64,000 bases of DNA from an uncultured Opitutales bacterium (GTDB lineage: Bacteria > Verrucomicrobiota > Verrucomicrobiia > Opitutales > Seribacteraceae). Each line of letters begins with the position of its first letter. Position 1 is the first letter of the stretch. The stretch spans positions 17,696 to 81,695 of the forward strand of contig CALSTX010000007.1 of the NCBI GenBank assembly GCA_943789375.1, read 5' to 3'. Below, one piece after another: positions 38,373 through 48,923 of this stretch. The notes below the pieces were generated by a model. That model was not told the DNA's origin. It did no database searches and was given only the letters and a program-made list of their open reading frames with translations. Both the position numbers and the translations under genes were made by a program.

Positions 38373-39019
38373 TATATTAGTCGCTCTGGGACCTGAATTC
38401 GATCACCTGGATAAATCCAAAATCTCTTTTTAGAACTAGATTTGATGAGACCTTTGCTCAAAGCTTCTACATCCACAGTGTAAGTTTCTGTTTTGGTTGC
38501 ATTTCCACTCGTATCATAAATGGTTCGCGTAACATAAACTTTATTTTTTCTTGCAATATCTGAGAAACCGCCTGCCCTCGAAATTACTTCCACAATATTC
38601 ATTGCCTCAACTTCAGGGGGAAAATTGTAAGGACCTTGCCTGTTTACAGATCCGTTTAGAAACACAACCCTTTCGGAATATTTTGAAATAAAAACATTTA
38701 CTTTTGGGTTACGAAAAATGAGTTCAGATTGGTACTTGCGAGTGATTAATGACTCTATCGACTTTACATTCATTCCACTTACCTTCACCTCCCCTACATA
38801 GGTCAGTCTGATCAATCCCTGATTATTGATCTGTACCTCCGCGGAGCAATCGGGCTGACCTTGAATAGATATACGAATCCTATCGCCAGGTCTTATTTTA
38901 TAACCTGAGGGATCTCTAAATACGGAGGGATCATTGCTGTACTGGTTCTGTGCAGAAACAGTGTAAGTTTCCATTACCATGAAAATAAACCATACAAAAG
39001 GGAGGAATATCGCGGGCAT
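38372..39019 (-). CDS. wza: Polysaccharide export protein (Wza/Poly_export + SLBB)
   Basis: YKIRPGDRIRI, GLIRLTYVGEVKVSG, VFLNGSVNRQG, ISRAGGFS, IYPGDRIQV. Confidence 0.88.
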   Translation of the reverse strand: MPAIFLPFVWFIFMVMETYTVSAQNQYSNDPSVFRDPSGYKIRPGDRIRISIQGQPDCSAEVQINNQGLIRLTYVGEVKVSGMNVKSIESLITRKYQSELIFRNPKVNVFISKYSERVVFLNGSVNRQGPYNFPPEVEAMNIVEVISRAGGFSDIARKNKVYVTRTIYDTSGNATKTETYTVDVEALSKGLIKSSSKKRFWIYPGDRIQVPERLI

Positions 39020-39022
39020 ATC

Positions 39023-40282
39023 CTAAAATCTTCCGGATATCAGAGCTTGGATTATATGCCTTCCATAGGAATCAGAATTCCTATCAATTATACTAAAGTC
39101 ATAACCTCCACTAGCAGTAAAAAATTTATTGATAGTTTTATTTATCGAAAACCCCAATCCGTAAGTATTCATAGAACTTGACTCACCAGCGACAGAAACG
39201 GAGCTTGCTGGGTAAGTGTAGTCCACAGTGCTAGCGCTCAAGTAAGCAGTACCAGAAATACTTTCAACAAATCGATGCGAAAGGCCAGCTCGCGCTGAAG
39301 TTGTAAAAGCGGAAAAACCCTGTGCAGAAGGTGAAAAAGAGCGACTAAGAGAAAAATTGGATGAAGTCTTAGAATTATATTTATATGACAACCCAAGGCC
39401 AAGGGTAAGATCGTCTTGATTTGGATTACCACCTTGGTCAAATGTAACGAGAGTATAGCCAACACTAGCATCACCAGATAGCTTACTTGAGTATTCTCCA
39501 TTCGCACCAAAGGAAATAGAATGAGATTTACTATCAATTAAATTAGGTTGGTCGCTTTTACTTTTTGATCTGGAAAAAGTGTAGTTCGTATAAATATCAA
39601 GCTTTTCTGAGTAAATGTAAAACGCCTTAAAATTAAGAGGTAAGGTTGAAAAATCTTGATATGGTCGGGGTCCTGTTGATCCAGCTTGGTATTGTTGAAT
39701 GCTGTAATTTGTACCCCCACTAACCCCAAATTTAGGACTATGGTTATACCTAACATTCATACCCGCTGTAAAATAAGTGTATGAGGTCAGATCTTGTTCA
39801 AGCACACTGGCGGAGACTTTCTGCCCCAAGTCAAAAACTGCTTCAAAACGAATCTTTGCATTATTTGATATTCGCTTATTTTTGGATAAAGTCTCATCAA
39901 AATCTATACTGAATGTTGTGACCGGAACAACATAACTTTTATCATCGTTTTTAATATATTGGGCAATTTCCACCCCCGCAGAACCAGAAAATTTAAGGAG
40001 ACTAACTTTTTTTGCTAAATGTACAGCGGGAGAAAATTTCAAAATAAAATCATCTTCGCTCTTTAGTTCATTAACCGGTACACCAGCGTTGTTACTGCCA
40101 GGATTTGTCTTAAGTTGATTGTAATAGGAACTAGGAATGCCGAAAACCCTAGAATCATAGGTTGCAGAAGCAGAAGCAGAGGTTTTGATTTGCCCAAACA
40201 ATGGGCTATCCCACTCAGCACGAACATTAAGTTGAAAAATGCAAACGCTAAGAAAAAGGATAGTGGGTAGTCTGGATGTCAT
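39023..40282 (-). CDS. Outer-membrane beta-barrel protein of polysaccharide export loci (EpsL/BBP2-like)
   Basis: Signal peptide, alternating aromatic beta-strands, C-terminal Phe; co-transcribed with wza-wzc. Confidence 0.75.
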   Translation of the reverse strand: MTSRLPTILFLSVCIFQLNVRAEWDSPLFGQIKTSASASATYDSRVFGIPSSYYNQLKTNPGSNNAGVPVNELKSEDDFILKFSPAVHLAKKVSLLKFSGSAGVEIAQYIKNDDKSYVVPVTTFSIDFDETLSKNKRISNNAKIRFEAVFDLGQKVSASVLEQDLTSYTYFTAGMNVRYNHSPKFGVSGGTNYSIQQYQAGSTGPRPYQDFSTLPLNFKAFYIYSEKLDIYTNYTFSRSKSKSDQPNLIDSKSHSISFGANGEYSSKLSGDASVGYTLVTFDQGGNPNQDDLTLGLGLSYKYNSKTSSNFSLSRSFSPSAQGFSAFTTSARAGLSHRFVESISGTAYLSASTVDYTYPASSVSVAGESSSMNTYGLGFSINKTINKFFTASGGYDFSIIDRNSDSYGRHIIQALISGRF

Positions 40283-40297
40283 TTCAGTAGTTGATAG

Positions 40298-40326
40298 ATT
40301 GAATTTAACGAATTAATACTTGTCAA
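40298..40326 (-). promoter_or_regulatory. Putative sigma70-type promoter for the beta-barrel-wza-wzc operon
   Basis: Minus-strand TTGACA-N17-TTCAAT; perfect -35, weak -10. Confidence 0.35.
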
Positions 40327-40356
40327 TAACATCGTTAGCGTGCTTTGGATTGAATC

Positions 40357-41928
40357 TTGAATATTTTTCAAAAAATCCTACTCCTTTTGGTCATATGTAT
40401 TGGATGGTTCCGTGCTGGACTCGATTTACAATGGGTACAAAATATTTGGATATCAACAACACTTTTACTCAGTCTGGGCCTTTTAATTCCAAGCACTAGG
40501 TCATCTTACAAAAAGATAACCCCATTTATTTTTTATATAGGAATTTTAATAACTATTTTTTACCTATCTACAGAAAATCAAACTTTTAGACAATTAAGTC
40601 TTCAGACTTTCAAGGAGGTAAAAACTGCGAAATACCTTTCCACAGAAAAAGATTTGGCAAAAACACTCATGATTTCAAAGGGAATTAAACAAATACTTCC
40701 TTTCATATCAAGCGGCCCAAGCAAAGCAATAAGTGTTTTTTTAGATTTTAAGAATCATTATTCAGATAAATACAGGTCGTTTGACGATGGTACTAGGCTA
40801 ATAAAAAATATCAGTGAGCAAATTGAGAAAAGCCCTAGTCCTTACTTACCTACAATTCCTTTAATAAGTGCAAAGATTTGGGTTAGTTTTTTATACTTCG
40901 TAACCCAAATAAGTATAGGTTTTTTTGCCTTTTATTACCTAAAAGAAAGAGCACAAATTAGAAAATTTACACTTTTACTTGTGGTCGCTGCTGTTCTTTT
41001 AGCATTTCTTGGCATTGTACAAAAAGTTAATTATGTCCCATCGGATAATTTGAAAGAGATTTTTGGTATTTGGGACACCCCAGAACCTAGGTATTTTTAT
41101 GCAAGCTTTACCTACAAAAATCATTGGAGTGCCTACGCAATACTTATTATCTCTTGTCTCTTCGCTTTAAAAACCAGAGAGAGTTTGAGATGTAACTTTT
41201 TTAGAAAAAATGATTTAAAAAGTATTTTTTATTTTGTCGGTCTTGGTATATTACTTATATCGATTCCGCATTCTGGATCTAGGTCTGGGATCGTTGTTTT
41301 ATTGTTTTTGATAATTTTGCTTACTTTAGTTCTGTTCAAAAAAAATATTTTAAGATTAAAAACACTTACGGGTTTATGCTTGGTTATTATCATGTCATGC
41401 CTAGTTGGTTTATTTCTTAATAAAGAAACCACCAAAGAAATGCTTTCAAACACCATTTCTCAAATTCAAAATGAAAAACCACCTCTTAGATTCCTTTTAT
41501 GGAAAGATCTTGTTGGTCAAATTTCAAAAAAAACATTTTGGGGCTATGGTTACGATTCGTATGCTACAATTAATCCGATTTTTCAGTCTAAAAAAATTAG
41601 GGATCAGCGTACAATTGGTCTAGCAAATGCACATAATTCCTACATCCCACTTATCGGATATGGCCATAGTGATATTCTTGAATGGATAAGTGAATTTGGT
41701 TGGGTTGGTTTATCATTTTTTATTTTACCAGTAATTCTCTTAATTTGCCGAAATTTGTTTTTTTCAAAATCAATTTTTTCTCAAATAATTTCGATTGGGG
41801 CATTATCTTTTTTACTGTACTGCTGCTTCGATTTCCCAACAAGATCTCCGGCTTGCCTTATTATTTTTTCTGTAATTGTAGGAATATCTTCAAAATATAC
41901 CAATCTGAGTATCAACAAAAAAATTTAG
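40357..41928 (+). CDS. O-antigen ligase / Wzy_C family membrane protein
   Basis: About 11-12 TM segments, ASFTYKNH, SGSRSG, R..LW, FWGYGYDSY, HSDILEWISEFGWVG. Confidence 0.85.
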   Translation: MNIFQKILLLLVICIGWFRAGLDLQWVQNIWISTTLLLSLGLLIPSTRSSYKKITPFIFYIGILITIFYLSTENQTFRQLSLQTFKEVKTAKYLSTEKDLAKTLMISKGIKQILPFISSGPSKAISVFLDFKNHYSDKYRSFDDGTRLIKNISEQIEKSPSPYLPTIPLISAKIWVSFLYFVTQISIGFFAFYYLKERAQIRKFTLLLVVAAVLLAFLGIVQKVNYVPSDNLKEIFGIWDTPEPRYFYASFTYKNHWSAYAILIISCLFALKTRESLRCNFFRKNDLKSIFYFVGLGILLISIPHSGSRSGIVVLLFLIILLTLVLFKKNILRLKTLTGLCLVIIMSCLVGLFLNKETTKEMLSNTISQIQNEKPPLRFLLWKDLVGQISKKTFWGYGYDSYATINPIFQSKKIRDQRTIGLANAHNSYIPLIGYGHSDILEWISEFGWVGLSFFILPVILLICRNLFFSKSIFSQIISIGALSFLLYCCFDFPTRSPACLIIFSVIVGISSKYTNLSINKKI

Positions 41929-41938
41929 TAAAATTCTA

Positions 41939-44083
41939 TTGCCAAAAACATACTGTTATATTCAAGTTGTAAAAGTGCCCTCCTTTTCAGTTTCAGTTAA
42001 ATTTTTATTTACCGCTGCAACCTTCGCAGTTGTGCCCTTATCTGGTAAATCCTTAAATTCATCTTTAGTTGAAAGTGCTATTCTTGTTAACATCAATGCA
42101 TTAAAAGAAGACAAGAATGGCTTTATTTCTCAGAGAAGATTGTCTGAGATTGATCAGTCATTACTGGAAGACTCCATTTACGAAGATGATCTTGTAATCC
42201 CAAAATTAAACTCAGATTTAACAGAAGGAATGAAAGAAACTTTCAGTAGTTTTGGAGTAGATCAATCAATTGAAGCATTTTCCCATGCAGTAGATTATTT
42301 GTCGGATAAAAAAATAGATTTCTCTTTAACTGACCAAGAATTTTTGTCGGGTTTAACATCTATTATCAAAGCTTTTGCCGAAACTTTCCCCCAAGATGAG
42401 CAAACAAAAAAAATACCCAAAGAGGTCTTCAGCTTATTGATTCCTGAAAAAATTCTTAATTGGGGAGGTGGAGCACAATCTTGGGGTACGAAAATTACTC
42501 AATCCATTATATCTACTATCCCATATACGGATAATATTGCGAATGAGGTCCAACTGGAAATCTTCTCCGAATCAATTATTGAATCAACCTTGGCTTTTTA
42601 CGAAAGTGACAATCCATTGTTAATTGAAGTAGGAATCTATCCGGGAATTGAATCGATTGTAAACGATGGAACACCAAATACCACAATGATGTTTGATGGC
42701 GAACTGGAACAATTCATGAAATTTGATCCTAACAAAACTGAATTCATTAAATCTGTAACATATGGCATGTCCACTGCGATATATACTAGCTCCTTAATTA
42801 ATACTAACAACCTAGACAAGTACTCTGAATCTTTATCGACTGCCGTTATTGATGGTGCATTTTCTTTTATAGATCGCCTAGAAAGTGAAAATGTTGGCGA
42901 TAACCATAATTTTTTCGTGAATGAGATAACCAAAGTTATTTCTAACGGATTACTCCTAGGTGCTGTATCTTCTTTGTCACGGGACGAAGACAGTAACAAG
43001 TTGGAACTTCCTGCGGATGCCGCCAAATCCTTGGCAAAGCATTTGGCTTTTGCATCGATTAATAAAACTTTAGAACTAGGGAAAGAAGATAATTGGGAAT
43101 TGAAGAGAATTGCGGAAGCAACAGCATTTGGAAGTGCTACTGGTGCTCAATTAGCTGCGGTTCTAGATAAGTCCATTGATTACACTGAAAGCTGGGAAAG
43201 CTATGAAAGAAAACAGTTAGCCAAATCTACCGCTGAAGGCAGTGCACTAGGGTCAACAAGTGCTAGAATAGGTAGAGCTAAAGGAGACTTAGGAAACGCG
43301 ACCAATGAGGAAGAAAGCTTACTCATTGCTGAGAATGCAAGGAATGACCTGCTTTCAATTTCTCAACACAGCTCTATGGGCTCGTTAATTGGTAATGTGG
43401 GCATGTCCGTTTATTACCCAAATCCGATGGATAAACTAGCCCTTATAAACTTTGCTGCCCAAGGTGCTACAACAGGAAGTATATCAGGAACAAGTGATAT
43501 AGATCTAAAGAGGCAAACATCTACTGAAACTTTTGATGTTGAGATTGCCCGATCTAGTACACAGGGAGCTTCCTTTGGTGCTGTCTTTGAAACAGTCGCA
43601 TTAACAGACGCCAATCCGAAAGACTTTTCTAACGATATTACAACAACTTCCGTTGTCCAAGCAGTAACTTACGGGGCCACCTATGGGGCAATCACTGCAG
43701 GAGATGATAATGATGCACCTGTTGCTGATGCACTTGTGTTCAAGCAAGCTACCAAACAAGGTGCAATAGAAGGTGCTCTCAGTGGAGCAACCTTGGGAAC
43801 TGGCGCATCTGAAGAAAATGTGGATGACATTGAACTCAGGGCAAAGTCTTCTATCATTAAAGCTGTTGCTGAAACCAATTCGCAAGCTGCTGCTAACGCG
43901 AGTAGTTCAATGGCTACAAAAGCTATCAAAACAAGCACTTCAGATATGCTCCTGCTTATGAAAAAATTTGGTATCAATCCACGCCTCACAAACCCAACTA
44001 GAATTTTCAATAAAAAAACTACAAAAAATGAGGAAGATGATTTTCTCTTCGAAGAAGAATTAAAAGTAGCTTCGCCGATCTAG
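41939..44083 (+). CDS. Large acidic hypothetical protein with repeated G-xxx-G helices
   Basis: Possible Sec signal if started at GTG 41975; eight G(S/A/L)xxG motifs in the C-terminal half. Confidence 0.75.
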   Translation: MPKTYCYIQVVKVPSFSVSVKFLFTAATFAVVPLSGKSLNSSLVESAILVNINALKEDKNGFISQRRLSEIDQSLLEDSIYEDDLVIPKLNSDLTEGMKETFSSFGVDQSIEAFSHAVDYLSDKKIDFSLTDQEFLSGLTSIIKAFAETFPQDEQTKKIPKEVFSLLIPEKILNWGGGAQSWGTKITQSIISTIPYTDNIANEVQLEIFSESIIESTLAFYESDNPLLIEVGIYPGIESIVNDGTPNTTMMFDGELEQFMKFDPNKTEFIKSVTYGMSTAIYTSSLINTNNLDKYSESLSTAVIDGAFSFIDRLESENVGDNHNFFVNEITKVISNGLLLGAVSSLSRDEDSNKLELPADAAKSLAKHLAFASINKTLELGKEDNWELKRIAEATAFGSATGAQLAAVLDKSIDYTESWESYERKQLAKSTAEGSALGSTSARIGRAKGDLGNATNEEESLLIAENARNDLLSISQHSSMGSLIGNVGMSVYYPNPMDKLALINFAAQGATTGSISGTSDIDLKRQTSTETFDVEIARSSTQGASFGAVFETVALTDANPKDFSNDITTTSVVQAVTYGATYGAITAGDDNDAPVADALVFKQATKQGAIEGALSGATLGTGASEENVDDIELRAKSSIIKAVAETNSQAAANASSSMATKAIKTSTSDMLLLMKKFGINPRLTNPTRIFNKKTTKNEEDDFLFEEELKVASPI

Positions 44084-44090
44084 TTCTCAT

Positions 44091-44135
44091 TGGACATGTG
44101 GTTGTAAAACTACTACAAAGCAAGTCCACTTTTTT
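44091..44135 (+). terminator. Possible weak terminator
   Basis: TGGAC/GTCCA and TTGTA/TACAA interrupted stem followed by T6. Confidence 0.3.
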
Positions 44136-44155
44136 AAAACTTACTTTATGATACA

Positions 44156-45649
44156 ATGAATAATTCTGATATAGGTTTAATTGGTCTTGCTGTAATGGGG
44201 CAAAATTTAGCTCTTAATATTGCAGATCATGGTTTTCACATTTCTGTCTTCAACAGAACCTTTGCCAAAACCGAGCAATTTCTTCAAAATAATAATCACC
44301 CTAATTTAGACGGCTTCGAAAATCTAAAAGATTTTGTGGAATCAATTTCTAAACCACGAAAGATCATTATCATGGTACAAGCAGGGAATGCGACAGATGC
44401 CGTTATCGAAGGCTTAACCCCCCTACTCGATCAAGGGGATGTAATTATAGACGGGGGTAATGCTAAATGGACTGATACTATAAGGCGTGAAAAGGATCTT
44501 GGCGAGAAGGGCTTTTATTTTGTCGGATCCGGAGTAAGCGGTGGTGAAGAAGGTGCCCGTTTAGGTCCTTCACTCATGCCCGGTGGAACCCTTAAATCAT
44601 GGGATTTAATTAAAGATATATGGACAAGTATTTCCGCTAAAGTTGATGAAACATCAGGGAAGCCTATAGAAGGGGGCAAGCCAGGTGCTCCGGTTTCTGG
44701 GGGATTCTCATGTGCTGCTTACATTGGAGAAAATGGTGCAGGTCATTATGTAAAAATGGTTCATAACGGCATTGAATATGGAGATATGCAAATGATCTGC
44801 GAAGCTTATCACATTCTTTCCTCGATTGGGGGCATGGATTCCTATAAAATTGGGGAAGTTTTCAAACAATGGAATGAAGAAATTCTTGATTCATTTTTAG
44901 TTGAAATTACTGGTGATATCCTATGCCAATCAGATCCAGTAACGAATAAACCTTTTGTTGATATTGTACTAGATACTGCTGGTCAAAAAGGAACGGGAAA
45001 ATGGACATCAGTGAATGCTCTTGATATGGGTGTGCCCGCTCCGACTGTCTCAGAAGCGGTGTTTGCCAGATGCTTAAGTGCTGTTAAAGAAGAAAGGGTT
45101 GCCGCATCTACGCAACTAACAGGACCTACTCTAGAAAATTTAAATGTAAATGTAGAGGAATTGGTTAAATCTGTAAGAGATGCATTGTATTGTTCGAAAA
45201 TTTGTTCCTACGCACAAGGCTTTCAACTTATGAGAGAAGCTCAAAATGAATACAATTGGAATCTAGATTTTGGCCAGATTGCTCAAATATGGAGAGGTGG
45301 CTGCATTATAAGAGCAGCTTTCCTTCAGAAAATTACTGAAGCCTTTGAAAGAGATAAAAATCTTCCCAACCTACTCCTAGATCAGTATTTTAAAGATTGC
45401 ATCTCCGAGTATCAACCGAACTGGAGAAAAGTTGTTTCAATGGCTGTGGCGAATGGAATTCCTACACCTACTTTTTCCTCTGCCATCGCCTACTATGACG
45501 GATACAGGGCAGCTCGTTTACCCCAAAACTTACTTCAGGCACAAAGAGATTATTTTGGTGCCCACACTTACGAGAGAACAGACCAAGATAGAGGGCACTT
45601 TTATCATTTGGATTGGCCGCATCCCAATAGGCCAGAGCGTAAAATTTAA
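44156..45649 (+). CDS. gndA: 6-phosphogluconate dehydrogenase (NADP+, decarboxylating)
   Basis: [67 protein letters not shown]. Confidence 0.97.
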   Translation: MNNSDIGLIGLAVMGQNLALNIADHGFHISVFNRTFAKTEQFLQNNNHPNLDGFENLKDFVESISKPRKIIIMVQAGNATDAVIEGLTPLLDQGDVIIDGGNAKWTDTIRREKDLGEKGFYFVGSGVSGGEEGARLGPSLMPGGTLKSWDLIKDIWTSISAKVDETSGKPIEGGKPGAPVSGGFSCAAYIGENGAGHYVKMVHNGIEYGDMQMICEAYHILSSIGGMDSYKIGEVFKQWNEEILDSFLVEITGDILCQSDPVTNKPFVDIVLDTAGQKGTGKWTSVNALDMGVPAPTVSEAVFARCLSAVKEERVAASTQLTGPTLENLNVNVEELVKSVRDALYCSKICSYAQGFQLMREAQNEYNWNLDFGQIAQIWRGGCIIRAAFLQKITEAFERDKNLPNLLLDQYFKDCISEYQPNWRKVVSMAVANGIPTPTFSSAIAYYDGYRAARLPQNLLQAQRDYFGAHTYERTDQDRGHFYHLDWPHPNRPERKI

Positions 45650-45662
45650 AATTTCTTATTGG

Positions 45663-46247
45663 TCACTGTAGGCCAGTGAATTTCACGAAAAAGTTTTTAA
45701 CCAAACAGTAGTCCAAGTCCTTGTTTGTTGAATCGATTATAAAATCGAACAAGTTGGCTTGAGCTATTTCTTGCTTAGCCGTTTGCATTCTCCGGTTGAT
45801 TTCATCTTCTTCGTCCGTACCCCGATGTAATAACCTATCCTTTAAATCTTCTATCGACTTTGGCCGGACGAAGATACTAAGTGTCTGAAAACCCTTCGCT
45901 GCGGAATTGGAAACAATTTTCTGTATCGATTGAGCCCCATTTACATCAATATTTATTAACAAGTTTTTATCGGATGAAGAATCAAATAAAGACTTTTTCA
46001 ATGATCCATAGTAATTACCATGGATCATTTCATGCTCAGCAAATTCATCATTGCTAACTTTGTCTAAAAAATCTTTGGGGGATAAAAATATATAGTCAAC
46101 ACCATCGACTTCGTTTTTTCTAGCGGGTCTAGATGTGGTCGTAATTAAACGATAAAGGTGCGATCCGAATTCCTTGACTAGTCTGTTACAAATTGTGGTT
46201 TTACCAACCCCTGCTGGACCAGAAATGATAATAATGTATCTAGCCAT
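45663..46247 (-). CDS. gmk: Guanylate kinase
   Basis: ISGPAGVGKT, TTSRPARKNEVDGVDYIF, IHGNYYG, IDVNGA. Confidence 0.95.
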   Translation of the reverse strand: MARYIIIISGPAGVGKTTICNRLVKEFGSHLYRLITTTSRPARKNEVDGVDYIFLSPKDFLDKVSNDEFAEHEMIHGNYYGSLKKSLFDSSSDKNLLINIDVNGAQSIQKIVSNSAAKGFQTLSIFVRPKSIEDLKDRLLHRGTDEEDEINRRMQTAKQEIAQANLFDFIIDSTNKDLDYCLVKNFFVKFTGLQ

Positions 46248-46251
46248 TTAC

Positions 46252-46791
46252 CTAATAACTCAACGCCGAAAAACTTAAACCCAAGCCACAGACAACCAAC
46301 GCAATTCCTAGATATTTGGGGCGACTTTTTTTACGATAGATAAAGGTTAAAAAATCTCTCATTCTGTATGGATAGGCGCCCAAGTATAAAGCTACAGAAA
46401 TTAAAATGTAAATTACTGCGACCAAAAAAAGTCTAGCACTTGGTTCCTGCAAGAATGCAGCGTCTAACACTTCTCGGGAATACAGCAGGATCAATATAGA
46501 AAGAGCACGAACGGCAAGAAAATCCTTCGTTAAAAAGAAAGCCGAAAATAATATGCAAATTGAAATCAACACTATTATTGTTTTGTACTCTCCAAAATCC
46601 GCTTCACCTAACTGCATAACATGACCAAAAAGAAACCAGCATACCCCTGTGACCATAAGAATGTAAGCAAGCAATCTTGAGCGCGGAAATGAAAGAACTT
46701 TGGCCTGAACAAATACGTTGCTAGACAAAAAAGGGACTCCTAAAATAACAAGCAAAATCCCGGTGAGAATAGTAAATTCTGATAAATGCAT
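46252..46791 (-). CDS. Membrane protein, function unknown
   Basis: About 5-6 hydrophobic segments; lies between miaB and gmk in one operon. Confidence 0.7.
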   Translation of the reverse strand: MHLSEFTILTGILLVILGVPFLSSNVFVQAKVLSFPRSRLLAYILMVTGVCWFLFGHVMQLGEADFGEYKTIIVLISICILFSAFFLTKDFLAVRALSILILLYSREVLDAAFLQEPSARLFLVAVIYILISVALYLGAYPYRMRDFLTFIYRKKSRPKYLGIALVVCGLGLSFSALSY

Positions 46792-46795
46792 GGTG

Positions 46796-48139
46796 CTATT
46801 GAATTAAATCGCCAAAAAGCGTATTGGGTGAAATGCGGGTTATTCGAACTATTAACATTTTACTTATCAACCTATCGGGACCAGAGAAAACTACTTTCCT
46901 AAAGCATGGAGTACGGCCAATCAAAAAGCCCTCCCCTTTTCGTGCTTTTCCTTCAACAAGAACCTCTAGGTCAGCACCTACTAGTTTTTCATTAGATTTT
47001 GTGGATTGCTGTTCTAACAAATGCAAAAGTTCTTGATTACGCTTTTCTTTTACACGCTGAGGAACTTGATCCTTAAGCCCGGCTGCAGGGGTTTCAGACC
47101 TTTCGCTGTATTTAAAAATGAAAGCCATTTCAAAGCCTGCTTCAACAAAAAGATTTTTAGTTGCCTCAAAGTCTTCTTCTTCTTCACCTGGATAGCCAAC
47201 AATGACATCAGTACTTAATCGCATAGTAGGCTTAGAAGCTCTTAATTTTTTAACGAGATTTATAAATTTACTGCGTGTGTAAGGTCGGTTCATAGACTTC
47301 AAAATTCTATCAGAACCACTCTGCATTGGAATGTGCGCATGACTTCCGAGTTTATCTAGACGCGTAAATGCAGTGATCAAGTCATCACCAAAAGAAACGG
47401 GGTGAGGAGAAGTAAATCGAATACGTTTGATATCATCGATTGCATGAAGTTTATCCAACAACTGCACAAAAGGAGATTTATTATCAATACGCTTAAATTC
47501 ACCTCTGCCATATGCGTTCACTATTTGTCCGAGCAGAGTGACTTCCCTGACCCCTTTAGAGGCAAGTTTCTCAACCTCAGCAACAATATCATCCATCGTA
47601 CGATACCTTTCCTTACCTCTTGTCTTCGGCACAATGCAAAAGGAACAGTTCATATTACATCCCTGCATGATGGAAACAAAAGCAGAAACCGCTTTCACAG
47701 GTGAATCTAAATGATTTTTAATGTGATTTTGTGAATTAATTTCTTCATCAATATCAACAATAGGTGAAATGCTTTTAGAGTTTTGTTTTGTAAGTGTATC
47801 TAAATAATCAGGAATGCGGTGAAACTTTTGCGTTCCTGCTACTAAACTGAGTTTGGGCAAGGATTTTAAAAGATCTTTACCTTTATTCTGTGCCATACAA
47901 CCCATGATTCCTAAAATAAAATTTTTATCTTTCTTTTTTTTAGAAAGTACATGACCTGCTTTCCCAATGGCTTTGCTTTCAGCTTGCTCTCTCACACTGC
48001 AAGTATTCAGCAGGACAATATCAGCTTCTTTCTCATTTTTTACCAAGGAATATCCGCGTTCTGTTAAACTGGAAGCAACTTCTTCAGAATCTCTTTCATT
48101 CATCTGACATCCATAAGTCTTGATATATACGCGGTTCAT
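46796..48139 (-). CDS. miaB: tRNA-2-methylthio-N6-dimethylallyladenosine synthase
   Basis: KTYGCQMNERDSE, LNTCSVRE, GCNMNCSFCIVP radical SAM motif, RIRFTSPHP, C-terminal TRAM domain. Confidence 0.96.
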   Translation of the reverse strand: MNRVYIKTYGCQMNERDSEEVASSLTERGYSLVKNEKEADIVLLNTCSVREQAESKAIGKAGHVLSKKKKDKNFILGIMGCMAQNKGKDLLKSLPKLSLVAGTQKFHRIPDYLDTLTKQNSKSISPIVDIDEEINSQNHIKNHLDSPVKAVSAFVSIMQGCNMNCSFCIVPKTRGKERYRTMDDIVAEVEKLASKGVREVTLLGQIVNAYGRGEFKRIDNKSPFVQLLDKLHAIDDIKRIRFTSPHPVSFGDDLITAFTRLDKLGSHAHIPMQSGSDRILKSMNRPYTRSKFINLVKKLRASKPTMRLSTDVIVGYPGEEEEDFEATKNLFVEAGFEMAFIFKYSERSETPAAGLKDQVPQRVKEKRNQELLHLLEQQSTKSNEKLVGADLEVLVEGKARKGEGFLIGRTPCFRKVVFSGPDRLISKMLIVRITRISPNTLFGDLIQ

Positions 48140-48164
48140 AATCTGGTAGAAAATATTACTTAAA

Positions 48165-48803
48165 TTAGCTAATAAAACTCAACAGTCTTTCATAATTTTT
48201 GATAACGCGAGAGGTCTTGCCCAATAAAACATCGTATCGATTATGCCCATTAGAAAATAAAACACAATCAATACCTAAGTGTTCTGCAATCTCTAGATCA
48301 TGAATGGTATCTCCTACCAGCAAAAGCTTATCATTCGTACACATAATATTTTGACGGTGAGCCTCAGAAATTTCCTTTTTTCCAGATGCACAGATATTTT
48401 GCACACCTGAGATGCTAGAAAAATAATTTGATAACTTATAATAGTTAACAAACTCGATTATGTCGCTTTCTTTTCCAGCAGATAATACAGATTGCTCTGC
48501 CCCTAATTTCATTAACTTATCTATAACACAAAGCACTCCTGAGTGTAAATTGCAGGAAAAATATTCTTTTTTGTAATGAGTAATGAACAATCGATTGATT
48601 TCATCATAACATTTTCCTGAGCAGGGTAATCCTAATTTCTTGTAGAATAAATTGACCGGAAAACTAAAATGTTCCCGGTAATACCTAAGATTGATATTTG
48701 GTAAGTCCCTCTTGAACAGTATGTCGTTAAGAATAAACACACAAAATTGAGCATCATCAACTATTGTACCATTCCAGTCCCATATAATGTGTTCATAATT
48801 CAA
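48165..48803 (-). CDS. HAD-superfamily hydrolase (phosphoglycolate phosphatase-like)
   Basis: IIWDWNGTIVDD, VLSA, VGDTIHD motifs. Confidence 0.88.
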   Translation of the reverse strand: MNYEHIIWDWNGTIVDDAQFCVFILNDILFKRDLPNINLRYYREHFSFPVNLFYKKLGLPCSGKCYDEINRLFITHYKKEYFSCNLHSGVLCVIDKLMKLGAEQSVLSAGKESDIIEFVNYYKLSNYFSSISGVQNICASGKKEISEAHRQNIMCTNDKLLLVGDTIHDLEIAEHLGIDCVLFSNGHNRYDVLLGKTSRVIKNYERLLSFIS

Positions 48804-48923
48804 ATTTGAATCCTTATATGCTCATTCTTAATTCTCACTAAAAAAAGGCAATGGAGAAAACATCAAAACAACTTGCTTATCGTTGAAATGATTACAAGGT
48901 AGAGTTTTAACCCAACATTTTAT

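Noticed and set aside
48804-48923. oriC or LexA box at the strand switch upstream of recA
   Set aside because: No DnaA-box cluster and no TGTTC-N4-GAACA-type palindrome seen; the TGTTC-N6-GAACA at 52087 has parS spacing and lies in mnmG.
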